Origin: Candidatus Zapsychrus exili
GTDB lineage: Bacteria; Omnitrophota; Gorgyraeia; Zapsychrales; Zapsychraceae
Length of the DNA: 39,698 bases
Direction: 5' to 3'
Assembly: GCA_030765585.1 (NCBI GenBank)
Contig: JAVCCJ010000014.1
Coordinates: 1 to 39,698 of the forward strand
Position numbers and translations under genes: made by a program. Positions 29,598 to 37,343 of this stretch are shown piece after piece. The notes under the pieces are model-generated. The model had not been told where the DNA came from, searched no databases, and saw only the letters and a program-made list of their open reading frames with translations. Position 1 is the stretch's first letter; each line of letters starts with the position of its first letter.

Positions 29598-30167
29598 TAA
29601 TAGGTAATCTGTAAATTTATCAACCGCAACAATAGTTTTATCATCTAAACTTTCACCATATTTAGCAGAAGAATAATGTATTATTCCGTAAGCTGATATT
29701 GGCTGACCTGCGACCGTGTTTGTTGGAACTGGTATAGGAAGCATTCCCATATATTGACCAAATGTGTTTATTGCTGCAAGGGTAAGCGATCCACCGCCCT
29801 CAGTATTTCCAGCTGAAGTAAAAGCAACTATTTTCTTTCCTGCTAATTTTGCTTCAAACCAGTAAATCGCAACAGAATCCATAAAGATTTTCATTTCAGC
29901 AGATACATTTCCAAAGTATGTCGGAGAACCTATTATTACTAAATCGCTATCAAGCATTACAGAAGGACTTGCAATAGGTAATTCGTTCATTTCCTTTAAG
30001 TTTTCTTTTGCTTTTTGCGAGACGTCTGCCTGTTCTTTCCAATCTAGGTCTTCTACTCTATAAATTGATACCGAGTCATCAGACTTTTTCTTTAGATTAT
30101 TGTAAAACTCTTTTGCAACTAGATAATCATTACCACAAACACTGTGGAAGATAATAGAAATTTTCAT
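29589..30167 (-). CDS. Flavodoxin-fold NAD(P)H oxidoreductase (WrbA-like)
   Basis: FHSVCGN, IIGSPTYFGNVSAEMKIFMD, LAGK..AFTSAG..GG; GAGGAG RBS. Confidence 0.85.
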   Translation of the reverse strand: MKISIIFHSVCGNDYLVAKEFYNNLKKKSDDSVSIYRVEDLDWKEQADVSQKAKENLKEMNELPIASPSVMLDSDLVIIGSPTYFGNVSAEMKIFMDSVAIYWFEAKLAGKKIVAFTSAGNTEGGGSLTLAAINTFGQYMGMLPIPVPTNTVAGQPISAYGIIHYSSAKYGESLDDKTIVAVDKFTDYLLKL

Positions 30168-30254
30168 TATATTGCTCCTCTTTAGATGTGAGTATATAAA
30201 ATAAGCCCCAAAGTTTTGCCTTTGGAGCTGTATATTTATGTATAATACATATTT

Positions 30255-30635
30255 TTATATTCGCTTAACACTTCTTAGTTTGACCTTTGTATTTGGCCTA
30301 TATGTTTTTGCTTTTCTTTTTTTATCAATGAACTTTACAGCTACTAAATAATATGCACCTGTTTTCTTTTTTTCAACTCTTATAACCTTACAACTACCTT
30401 TAAAAATATCCAGAATGCCTGACATAACAACATGCACATCAACTATTTCATTAGCCCTATACTCAAAGTCAGAATAAAAAGCAAGACCACCTATACTCAT
30501 ATCTTGAGTCGTTGATAGTCTCCATGGCATAACAGCCGAACCTTTGGCTCTAGGCTTAGAAAGACGATGTTGTATGCTTAGAATACGTTTAGCGCGTATC
30601 CATTGTCTTTTTTCTTTGTTTGCTTGCTTCACCAT
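30255..30635 (-). CDS. PilZ domain protein (putative c-di-GMP receptor)
   Basis: EKRQWIR (RxxxR) and DMSIGG (DxSxxG). Confidence 0.8.
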   Translation of the reverse strand: MVKQANKEKRQWIRAKRILSIQHRLSKPRAKGSAVMPWRLSTTQDMSIGGLAFYSDFEYRANEIVDVHVVMSGILDIFKGSCKVIRVEKKKTGAYYLVAVKFIDKKRKAKTYRPNTKVKLRSVKRI

Positions 30636-30678
30636 GCTTATTTTAATCCTTTTTAAGATTTAACTTCAAGGGTCTATT

Positions 30679-30707
30679 AATATATATTTAATACGTTTAC
30701 TAGTCAA
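30679..30707 (-). promoter_or_regulatory. sigma70-type promoter upstream of PilZ gene
   Basis: Minus strand TTGACT-N17-TATATT. Confidence 0.5.
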
Positions 30708-30754
30708 GCAATAAATTGTTGAATCCTATACGGTTATGACAAATCATGTTTATC

Positions 30755-30808
30755 GTAGGGGCTTGGGTTTCCCAGCCCGATAAATGGGCGAGGTGACCTC
30801 GCTCCTAC
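30755..30808. repeat. GTAG-family REP doublet overlapping fumC stop
   Basis: GTAGGGGCTTGGGTTTCCCAGCCC...GGGCGAGGTGACCTCGCTCCTAC. Confidence 0.85.
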
Positions 30809-32172
30809 AATTTAATTATTCCATCAAATTCTTTTTCGCTTAGACAGTTTAAGGAAATAACAGCTTCTTTTAGAGTAATATCGTCATCGTAAGCTTTTTT
30901 AGCTATTTCTGTACATTTATCGTAACCTAATTTAGGTACAAGCAATGTAACGAGCATAAGTGACTTTTCTAGATTTTCTTTGATTTTCTTAATATTTGGC
31001 TGTATATCAACAATACATTTATCACAAAAATTGTTCATTGAATCTGCTAATAAAACAATTGATTGCAATAAATTGTATATAATGACTGGTTTAAAAACAT
31101 TTAACTCTAGATTTCCACTTGCCGCAGCAACTGTTATGGTAAGATCATTTCCGATTACCTGAGAACACACCATTGTAAGAGCTTCACATTGCGTTGGATT
31201 AACTTTTCCTGGCATAATAGAACTTCCAGGCTCATTAGCAGGTAAAATAAGCTCCCCTATCCCACATCTAGGTCCACTACCAAGAAAGCGAATATCGTTT
31301 GCTATCTTCATTAAAGATACAGCTAAACATTTAAGTGCGCTGCTGGCCTCAACTAAACAATCATGTGATGCTAAAGCCTCAAATTTATTATCAGCTGATA
31401 CAAAAGGATTTCCTGTTAATTCTGATATTTTCTTAGCTACTTTCTTGTCGAAATCTTTTGGTGCGTTTACGCCTGTTCCAACAGCGGTTCCTCCCAAAGC
31501 TAATTTTTGTAAAGAAGGTAAAGTTTTCTCTATTCTTGCTAAACCGCTAGATAATTGGGCGGTATATCCTGAAAATTCCTGACCTAAGGTTAGTGGCGTT
31601 GCATCCATCATATGCGTGCGTCCAATTTTTGTAATATCTCCAAATTCTTGCGATTTTTTCTCAAAAGCAGTTAACAATTTTCTAAGAGCGGGGATAAGCC
31701 TTGTATCAATAGCCTCTACACTTGATATGTTCATAGCAGTTGGAATAACATCATTCGATGATTGAGATTTATTGACATCATCATTTGGGTGTATTGGAGT
31801 CTTGCTCCCCATTTCTCCCCCCAAAAGCTCAATTGCACGATTAGAGATAACCTCGTTAGCATTCATATTGACTTGTGTACCACTTCCAGTTTGCCAAATT
31901 GATACAAGAAAATTATCATTAAGTTTTCCATCTACTACTTCTTGCGCTGCTTGTGCAATTATATCTGCCTTACCTTTTTCTATTACGCTAAAATCTTTAT
32001 TGGTTAAAGCACAGGCTTTCTTTATAATTCCTAGAGCTTTAACAAAGACAGGTGGAAAAACTTCGATACCAATATTAAAATTTATTAAAGAACGTGCAGT
32101 TTGGGCACCATAATATTTATCGCTTGGCACCTTCATGTCCCCAAAAGAATCTTTCTCTGTTCTGTAATCCAT
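30805..32172 (-). CDS. fumC: Class II fumarate hydratase
   Basis: [42 protein letters not shown]. Confidence 0.96.
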   Translation of the reverse strand: MDYRTEKDSFGDMKVPSDKYYGAQTARSLINFNIGIEVFPPVFVKALGIIKKACALTNKDFSVIEKGKADIIAQAAQEVVDGKLNDNFLVSIWQTGSGTQVNMNANEVISNRAIELLGGEMGSKTPIHPNDDVNKSQSSNDVIPTAMNISSVEAIDTRLIPALRKLLTAFEKKSQEFGDITKIGRTHMMDATPLTLGQEFSGYTAQLSSGLARIEKTLPSLQKLALGGTAVGTGVNAPKDFDKKVAKKISELTGNPFVSADNKFEALASHDCLVEASSALKCLAVSLMKIANDIRFLGSGPRCGIGELILPANEPGSSIMPGKVNPTQCEALTMVCSQVIGNDLTITVAAASGNLELNVFKPVIIYNLLQSIVLLADSMNNFCDKCIVDIQPNIKKIKENLEKSLMLVTLLVPKLGYDKCTEIAKKAYDDDITLKEAVISLNCLSEKEFDGIIKL

Positions 32173-32200
32173 AATAATTCCTTATAATAGTGATATTGAA

Positions 32201-32947
32201 TTATACTTCTTTCTTAGTAAACATACTTAAAAGATCTACTGGCACTGGGAACACTGTTGTTGTGTTGTTCTCGCTGCCAATTTCTACTAAAGTTTGTAAA
32301 TATCGTAGCTGTAGGGACATCGGATATTTTTGCATCATTTCTGCTGCTTGACAAATCTTTTCAGATGCCTCAAATTCTCCGTTTGCGGCGATGACCTTAG
32401 CTCTTCTTTCTCTTTCAGCCTCAGCTTGTCTTGCCATAGCTTTTCTTAAATCTTCTGAAATATCAACATGTTTTAATTCAACATTAGATATCTTTATTCC
32501 CCAAGGATCTGTCTGCTTATCAAGTATTATCTTAAGCTTTTCATTTATTTCTTCTCTTTTTGATAAAATATCGTCAAGCTCCATCTCGCCTAAAATACTT
32601 CTAAGAGTAGTTTGAGCCATTTGAGATGTAGCATATTGATAGTTTTGTATTTCAATGGTTGCTTTTATCGGATCCAGCACCTTAAAATATGCAACAGCGT
32701 TTACCTTAGCTGAAATATTATCTTTTGTAATAATGTCTTGCGGAGGAACGTCCAGAGTTACGATTCTTAAAGGTACTGTTATGGCTTGATCAATTGGCCA
32801 TAGCACAAATGTAAAACCGGGTCCAAGAGGCCTATCTATTACACGTCCTAAACGAAACACAACAAGTCTTTCATATTCTCTTGGAAATTTTATTGAATTA
32901 AAACACCAAACAGCGAAAACAACTAGAAAAATGTGGAACATATTCAT
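32201..32947 (-). CDS. SPFH/band 7 (stomatin-like) membrane protein
   Basis: EYERLVVFRLGR, QDIITKDN, AQTTLRS, QAEAERERRAK, LRYLQTL. Confidence 0.93.
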   Translation of the reverse strand: MNMFHIFLVVFAVWCFNSIKFPREYERLVVFRLGRVIDRPLGPGFTFVLWPIDQAITVPLRIVTLDVPPQDIITKDNISAKVNAVAYFKVLDPIKATIEIQNYQYATSQMAQTTLRSILGEMELDDILSKREEINEKLKIILDKQTDPWGIKISNVELKHVDISEDLRKAMARQAEAERERRAKVIAANGEFEASEKICQAAEMMQKYPMSLQLRYLQTLVEIGSENNTTTVFPVPVDLLSMFTKKEV

Positions 32948-32982
32948 AATTAATCTCCTTATTTTAAAAGTAATAGAGGCGC

Positions 32983-33430
32983 TTCCTTCTCCCCCTTGGG
33001 GAGAAGACCTGTCTTCCCGCAGGGAAGACAGAGATGAGGGGTTTTTAAGCGATTTTTATTTCATCCTCTATTGATTTGTAGATACCCTCTATGTTTTCTA
33101 ATATTTCTTTGTTGCTAAATCTTATTACCTTAATTCCATATTTTGATAATACTTTTGTTCTTATTTTGTCCTTCTTTATTTCTTCATCTTCATAGTGTTG
33201 TCCGCCATCAGATTCTATGCAAAGCTTATATTTTGGACAATAAAAATCTAATATATAATTATCAACAGGATGCTGTCTTCTAAATTTGATTCCATTTAAT
33301 CTGCGAGAACGTAATAAAAACCATAATTTTTGTTCAGTATCAGTTTGATTCTTTCTAAGACTCCTGCATATTTTAATGTTGTTTCGCTTCATCCCCTCAT
33401 CCTAACCTTCTCCCCAAAGGGGAGAAGGAA
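32983..33430 (-). mobile_element. DUF559 nuclease cassette bracketed by inverted REP-like repeats
   Basis: TTCCTTCTCCCCCTTGGGGAGAAG (32983-33006) vs CTTCTCCCCAAAGGGGAGAAGGAA (33407-33430), 23/24 inverted match; inner GATGAGGGG / CCCCTCATC. Confidence 0.6.
33045..33392 (-). CDS. DUF559 / Vsr-like endonuclease domain protein
   Basis: LRKNQTDTEQKLW, KFRRQHP, YILDFYC, IESDGGQH, D..RT..L...G.KVIRF.N. Confidence 0.9.
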   Translation of the reverse strand: MKRNNIKICRSLRKNQTDTEQKLWFLLRSRRLNGIKFRRQHPVDNYILDFYCPKYKLCIESDGGQHYEDEEIKKDKIRTKVLSKYGIKVIRFSNKEILENIEGIYKSIEDEIKIA

Positions 33431-33550
33431 TTCCTATAGATATTGTTTTAGAAGCTTGGGGGACATACTAGCTCTTTCTTTACTTTACTAATAACCGATT
33501 ACTTTCTCTACCACTTTATCACTAGCGAGCTATCAAGCGAGTGGTATTAC

Positions 33551-34966
33551 TTATTTCATCAAATAATCCGTAAGCAACCTTACTCCTGCACCTGTTGCTC
33601 CATATCCAAAATACATTCTCTCTCCTGATTCGACAAATGCAGCACCAGCAATATCTAGATGCGCCCATTTAGTCGGATGCGCAAATTGTCTTAAAAACTC
33701 GGCCGCTGTTATTGTACCGCCCGTGCCTTTTGGATAACCGGTATTCTTTATATCAGCTATTTGCGACTTAACAGAGTCTGCTAACTCTTTATAGTTGGGC
33801 AATCTCCACGCCCTGTCGTCAGTTTTATGAGCTGACCTAAGAAGTTTGTTAGCTAGCACATCATCTGTTGAAACTAGACCTGTATAATCATTTGCAAGTG
33901 CAACAGAAACCGCACCTGTTAAAGTTGCTATATCAATAATCTTAGATGGTGAGTAATTTTTGTTTATATAACTAATAGCATCAGCTAACACTAATCTGCC
34001 TTCTGCGTCTGTGTTTGCCACTTCAACTGTTTTGCCAGAATAGCTTTTTATAACATCACCTGGCTTATATGCATCTGGGCCTATTGTATTTTCAGCTAAA
34101 CCGCAAACAAACAAAATATTCTTTTTTAAATTAAGCGCGATAGTGTTCTTCAATGTTCCTACAACCGCTGCTGTACCTCCCATATCCTGACGCATAGATT
34201 CCATATATCCTGTTGGTTTTAAATTTAATCCACCAGTGTCATATGTAACGCCTTTACCAATAATGGCTTGATACTTATCCTTTTTTGTACCACCTGCATA
34301 TTTTATAACTATCAATTTAGGATCTTTATTGCTTCCTTGATTAACAGCCAAATGAAGATTAAGTCCGGCAACTTTTAATTCTTTCTTTCCTAGAATTTCA
34401 AGCGTTATATTTTTACTATCTTTTGTTATGTTCTTTATGGTCTCTTCAACATAACTTGCTGTTACTGTGTCTGCATTATCGTTTACTAGATCTCGAGCGA
34501 AGTTTACCCCTTCGCATATCTTTATGCGATCTTCAAACGGCTTCTTCTTTTTAACAGCAATAAAAATATTTTTATTATAAACTGACTTATCTTCTTCTTG
34601 TTTTGTTTTGTATTTTCTCCAAACGTAAGTTCCTATAAGCACAGCTTCTATGATTGCCTCAACGTGAGTATCGTTTTCTAAAGAAGAAATAACTTCTATA
34701 TCTTCGACTTTACTCAAATACGGAGAAAGTAGAGCTTTCTTTACTAGAATTCTTAAAGATGTCAAAGACAACTCTTTTTTAGCACCTATTCCAACTAAAA
34801 GAATGGTCGTATTGTTTTTTACAACAGGAAAAATTTCTCCTTCATCTGCTGTAAAAGTTTTAGGAATTAAGGATGCTGCTACTTTCGAAACTTTCTTAGT
34901 TTTATCTACAAGAAGTATTGCTGCCCGCTTATCGAATTTTGGTGAATTTGTAAATTTAATAGTCAT
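33551..34966 (-). CDS. pepA: Leucyl aminopeptidase (M17)
   Basis: GKGVTYDTGG, DMGG, NTDAEGRLVLAD, DIATLTGA, WAHLDIAG. Confidence 0.95.
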   Translation of the reverse strand: MTIKFTNSPKFDKRAAILLVDKTKKVSKVAASLIPKTFTADEGEIFPVVKNNTTILLVGIGAKKELSLTSLRILVKKALLSPYLSKVEDIEVISSLENDTHVEAIIEAVLIGTYVWRKYKTKQEEDKSVYNKNIFIAVKKKKPFEDRIKICEGVNFARDLVNDNADTVTASYVEETIKNITKDSKNITLEILGKKELKVAGLNLHLAVNQGSNKDPKLIVIKYAGGTKKDKYQAIIGKGVTYDTGGLNLKPTGYMESMRQDMGGTAAVVGTLKNTIALNLKKNILFVCGLAENTIGPDAYKPGDVIKSYSGKTVEVANTDAEGRLVLADAISYINKNYSPSKIIDIATLTGAVSVALANDYTGLVSTDDVLANKLLRSAHKTDDRAWRLPNYKELADSVKSQIADIKNTGYPKGTGGTITAAEFLRQFAHPTKWAHLDIAGAAFVESGERMYFGYGATGAGVRLLTDYLMK

Positions 34967-34972
34967 ATCGTA

Positions 34973-36313
34973 TTATCCCTCGTGAGTACCAAAGGTGTGC
35001 TCTTTTTCATACATATATTTTCTAGCACCAATTGGTACATACTCTTGGCTTTTAATTCCAGTATAAATTTGACGAGGTCTGCCTATTCTCGCTTTTGGAT
35101 TAGATAACATCTCTTTCCAATGCGCTATCCATCCTGGAAGTCTTGCTATTGCAAACATAACAGGAAACATATTCATAGGTATTCCTATTGCCCTATAAAT
35201 AATTCCGCTATAGAAATCAACGTTTGGATACAGTTTTCTTTCTATGAAATAACTATCTTTTAAAGCTATTTCTTCTAATTGTTTTGCAAGGTCTAAAAGA
35301 GGATCATCTATTCCTAATTTTTTAAGAAGTTCGTCTGCGCTTTTCTTTATAATCTTTGCGCGAGGATCAAAATTCTTATAGACTCTGTGACCAAATCCCA
35401 TTAAACGAAACTTATCTTTAGGATCTTTAGCTTTATTTACATACTTTTTAAGGTCCCCACCATTTCTTACGATATCTTCTAGCATCTCGATAACGCCTTG
35501 ATTTGCTCCACCGTGAAGTGGCCCCCAAAGTGCATTTATTGCAGCTGATACAGATGCAAATAAATTTGCCCAGGAACTACCTACTAATCTTACTGTTGAT
35601 GTACTACAATTTTGTTCGTGATCAGCGTGAAGAATAAACAGTGTTTCTAAGGCTCTTACGACAACATCATGAATTTCATATTGCTTTGCAGGAGATGAAA
35701 ACATCATATTTAGGAAGTTAGGTATGTATTTTAAATCATGGCGAGGATATACGTATGGTTCGCCTATTGATTTTTTGTACGAGAACGCACAAATTGTTCT
35801 GACTTTTGATAAAAGTTCAACCACGCAAAGATCAATATCTTCTTTTGTTGGATTTGATTTAACTAACTCTGGATAATAACCAGATAAAGACCCTATCATA
35901 GCCGAAAGTATGCCCATAGGATGAGCAGAATATGGATAGCCGTTAAAGAAATCTTTCATTCCTTCATGAATCATTGCCTGTTCCGTAAATGAACGAGAAA
36001 ATCTTTCAAGCTCACCTTGCGTAGGAAGATGTCCGTAAATTATTAAATATGCTGTTTCTATAAAAGTGGATTTCTTAGCTAATCTCTCAATTGGAATACC
36101 TCTATAACGCAATATACCTTTTTCGCCATCTAAAAAGGTAATGTTACTTGTACAAGAACCCGTGTTTCCAAAGCCATTATCTAGCGTTATATGTGCGGTT
36201 TCGTTTCTTAAATTTGATATATCAATGGCACGCTCTCCTTGAGTTCCTATAATAATAGGGAAATTATAGGTTTTTCCATCTAATATAATTTTTGCTGTTT
36301 CTTTTTTTGCCAT
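34973..36313 (-). CDS. gltA: Citrate synthase
   Basis: DGEKGILRYRG, LHADHEQNCSTS, GPLHGGAN, MGFGHRVYKNFDPRA, YPNVDFYSG. Confidence 0.97.
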   Translation of the reverse strand: MAKKETAKIILDGKTYNFPIIIGTQGERAIDISNLRNETAHITLDNGFGNTGSCTSNITFLDGEKGILRYRGIPIERLAKKSTFIETAYLIIYGHLPTQGELERFSRSFTEQAMIHEGMKDFFNGYPYSAHPMGILSAMIGSLSGYYPELVKSNPTKEDIDLCVVELLSKVRTICAFSYKKSIGEPYVYPRHDLKYIPNFLNMMFSSPAKQYEIHDVVVRALETLFILHADHEQNCSTSTVRLVGSSWANLFASVSAAINALWGPLHGGANQGVIEMLEDIVRNGGDLKKYVNKAKDPKDKFRLMGFGHRVYKNFDPRAKIIKKSADELLKKLGIDDPLLDLAKQLEEIALKDSYFIERKLYPNVDFYSGIIYRAIGIPMNMFPVMFAIARLPGWIAHWKEMLSNPKARIGRPRQIYTGIKSQEYVPIGARKYMYEKEHTFGTHEG

Positions 36314-36384
36314 GTTTCCTCCAAATATTTTTTTATTACTATATTAATAGTTATATAAATATGAATATTTTCTAAAGAGTGGAT

Positions 36385-36413
36385 ATTATAGTATAAAAGG
36401 TCTTTAAAGGCAA
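36385..36413 (-). promoter_or_regulatory. sigma70-type promoter for gltA
   Basis: Minus strand TTGCCT-N17-TATAAT. Confidence 0.55.
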
Positions 36414-36424
36414 GGAATGAATGC

Positions 36425-36534
36425 GTAGGGGCGGGGTCTCATCCCCGCCAGTTATCCAAATACAATTGTTTATTATTATTCGTAGGGGCTGGGTTTCCCC
36501 GCCCATTACTCGGGCGAGGTGACCTCACCCCTAC
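36425..36534. repeat. GTAG-family REP cluster (one single + one doublet)
   Basis: GTAGGGGCGGGGTCTCATCCCCGCC (36425-36449); GTAGGGGCTGGGTTTCCCCGCCC...GGGCGAGGTGACCTCACCCCTAC (36482-36534). Confidence 0.85.
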
Positions 36535-36537
36535 ATT

Positions 36538-36696
36538 TTAAAACAACGTGTAGATAAATGGAGATAAAGCTGAACTCTGAGTTATAACAATAAGCAGGCT
36601 TAAGATGCCTAAAATAATTACTATAGGAAGCAGCCAATATCGTTTTCTTATTCTTATGAAATCCCAAAACTCTTTTAAAATAGATAATTTAGACAT
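36538..36696 (-). CDS. Small membrane protein, SxtK/DUF5989-like (52 aa; absent from ORF track)
   Basis: Manual translation MSKLSILKEFWDFIRIRKRYWLLPIVIILGILSLLIVITQSSALSPFIYTLF; AAGGA RBS; typical RKxxWLxP and PFIYTLF motifs. Confidence 0.88.
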   Translation of the reverse strand: MSKLSILKEFWDFIRIRKRYWLLPIVIILGILSLLIVITQSSALSPFIYTLF

Positions 36697-36709
36697 GTTG
36701 TCCTTTCGA

Positions 36710-37111
36710 TTAAAACTGCTGTTCTAATCGCACCTTATCAGGCGCATCTTCTTTTTTCTTTTTTATCCAGTATGATTCAGCCGCTTTATCTTGTTTTTCG
36801 TGTAAAATATCTTTCTTCAGCAGCCTTATTATTATGCCAACGAGCCCAAATGCTAAGTAAAATACAATCGAAAGCAATATTCCGGTTACTATGTTTCCTA
36901 TGAAATGCGCCATTTTCATCCATTTTATATAGAATGGCTTTAGATTTTTCACATTCGTAAATGATACAGCCAAAAAACCAAGAGCAGCAAAAAGCAAGAT
37001 TGCGCTCAATGTTCCAAATCCGTGTTTCACATATAAGCGCGTGCCTATAAAACCCAGTATGGCAGTAAGACCATATCCAAATACTAATAAATTTTTACGT
37101 TCTTTATTCAT
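36710..37111 (-). CDS. SxtJ-family membrane protein
   Basis: FG near N-terminus, LKPFYIKWMK, LSIVFY, KDIL, SYW, terminal QF; lies between carbamoyltransferase and SxtK-like gene. Confidence 0.82.
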   Translation of the reverse strand: MNKERKNLLVFGYGLTAILGFIGTRLYVKHGFGTLSAILLFAALGFLAVSFTNVKNLKPFYIKWMKMAHFIGNIVTGILLSIVFYLAFGLVGIIIRLLKKDILHEKQDKAAESYWIKKKKEDAPDKVRLEQQF

Positions 37112-37131
37112 GATAAATTTCCAAATATTCT

Positions 37132-37247
37132 TGTTATTGCCAGCCCCTAAGGGCGCGGCAATCTACTTTATTGAGATTCCTGTCTCCGCAAAGAGACGTG
37201 GTCCCAACGGGACTTTACGTCTCCGCTTACGCTCCGCAGGAATGACA
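37132..37247. repeat. Composite nested palindromic element (GTYATT...AATCT / AGATT...AATGAC type)
   Basis: TGTTATTGCC..GGCAATCT then AGATTCCTG...CAGGAATGACA, with nested GAGACGT..GTCCC-AAC-GGGAC..ACGTCTC. Confidence 0.7.
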
Positions 37248-37266
37248 GAGTTTTTTACTTTTTCTT

Positions 37267-37305
37267 AACCCTTATACCTTAAGCCTTAATCCTTGCGCTT
37301 AATCC
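37267..37305. repeat. Lone CTT-type heptamer arm
   Basis: AACCCTT ATACCTT AAGCCTT AATCCTT GCGCTT. Confidence 0.7.
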
Positions 37306-37343
37306 ATCACCCCAATTTCCCAATAACCACATACCTTTTATTT

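Noticed and set aside
33482..33546. Weak AC-phased heptamers and TACCACT/AGTGGTA stem downstream of pepA
   Set aside because: Too degenerate, no partner arm, long loop
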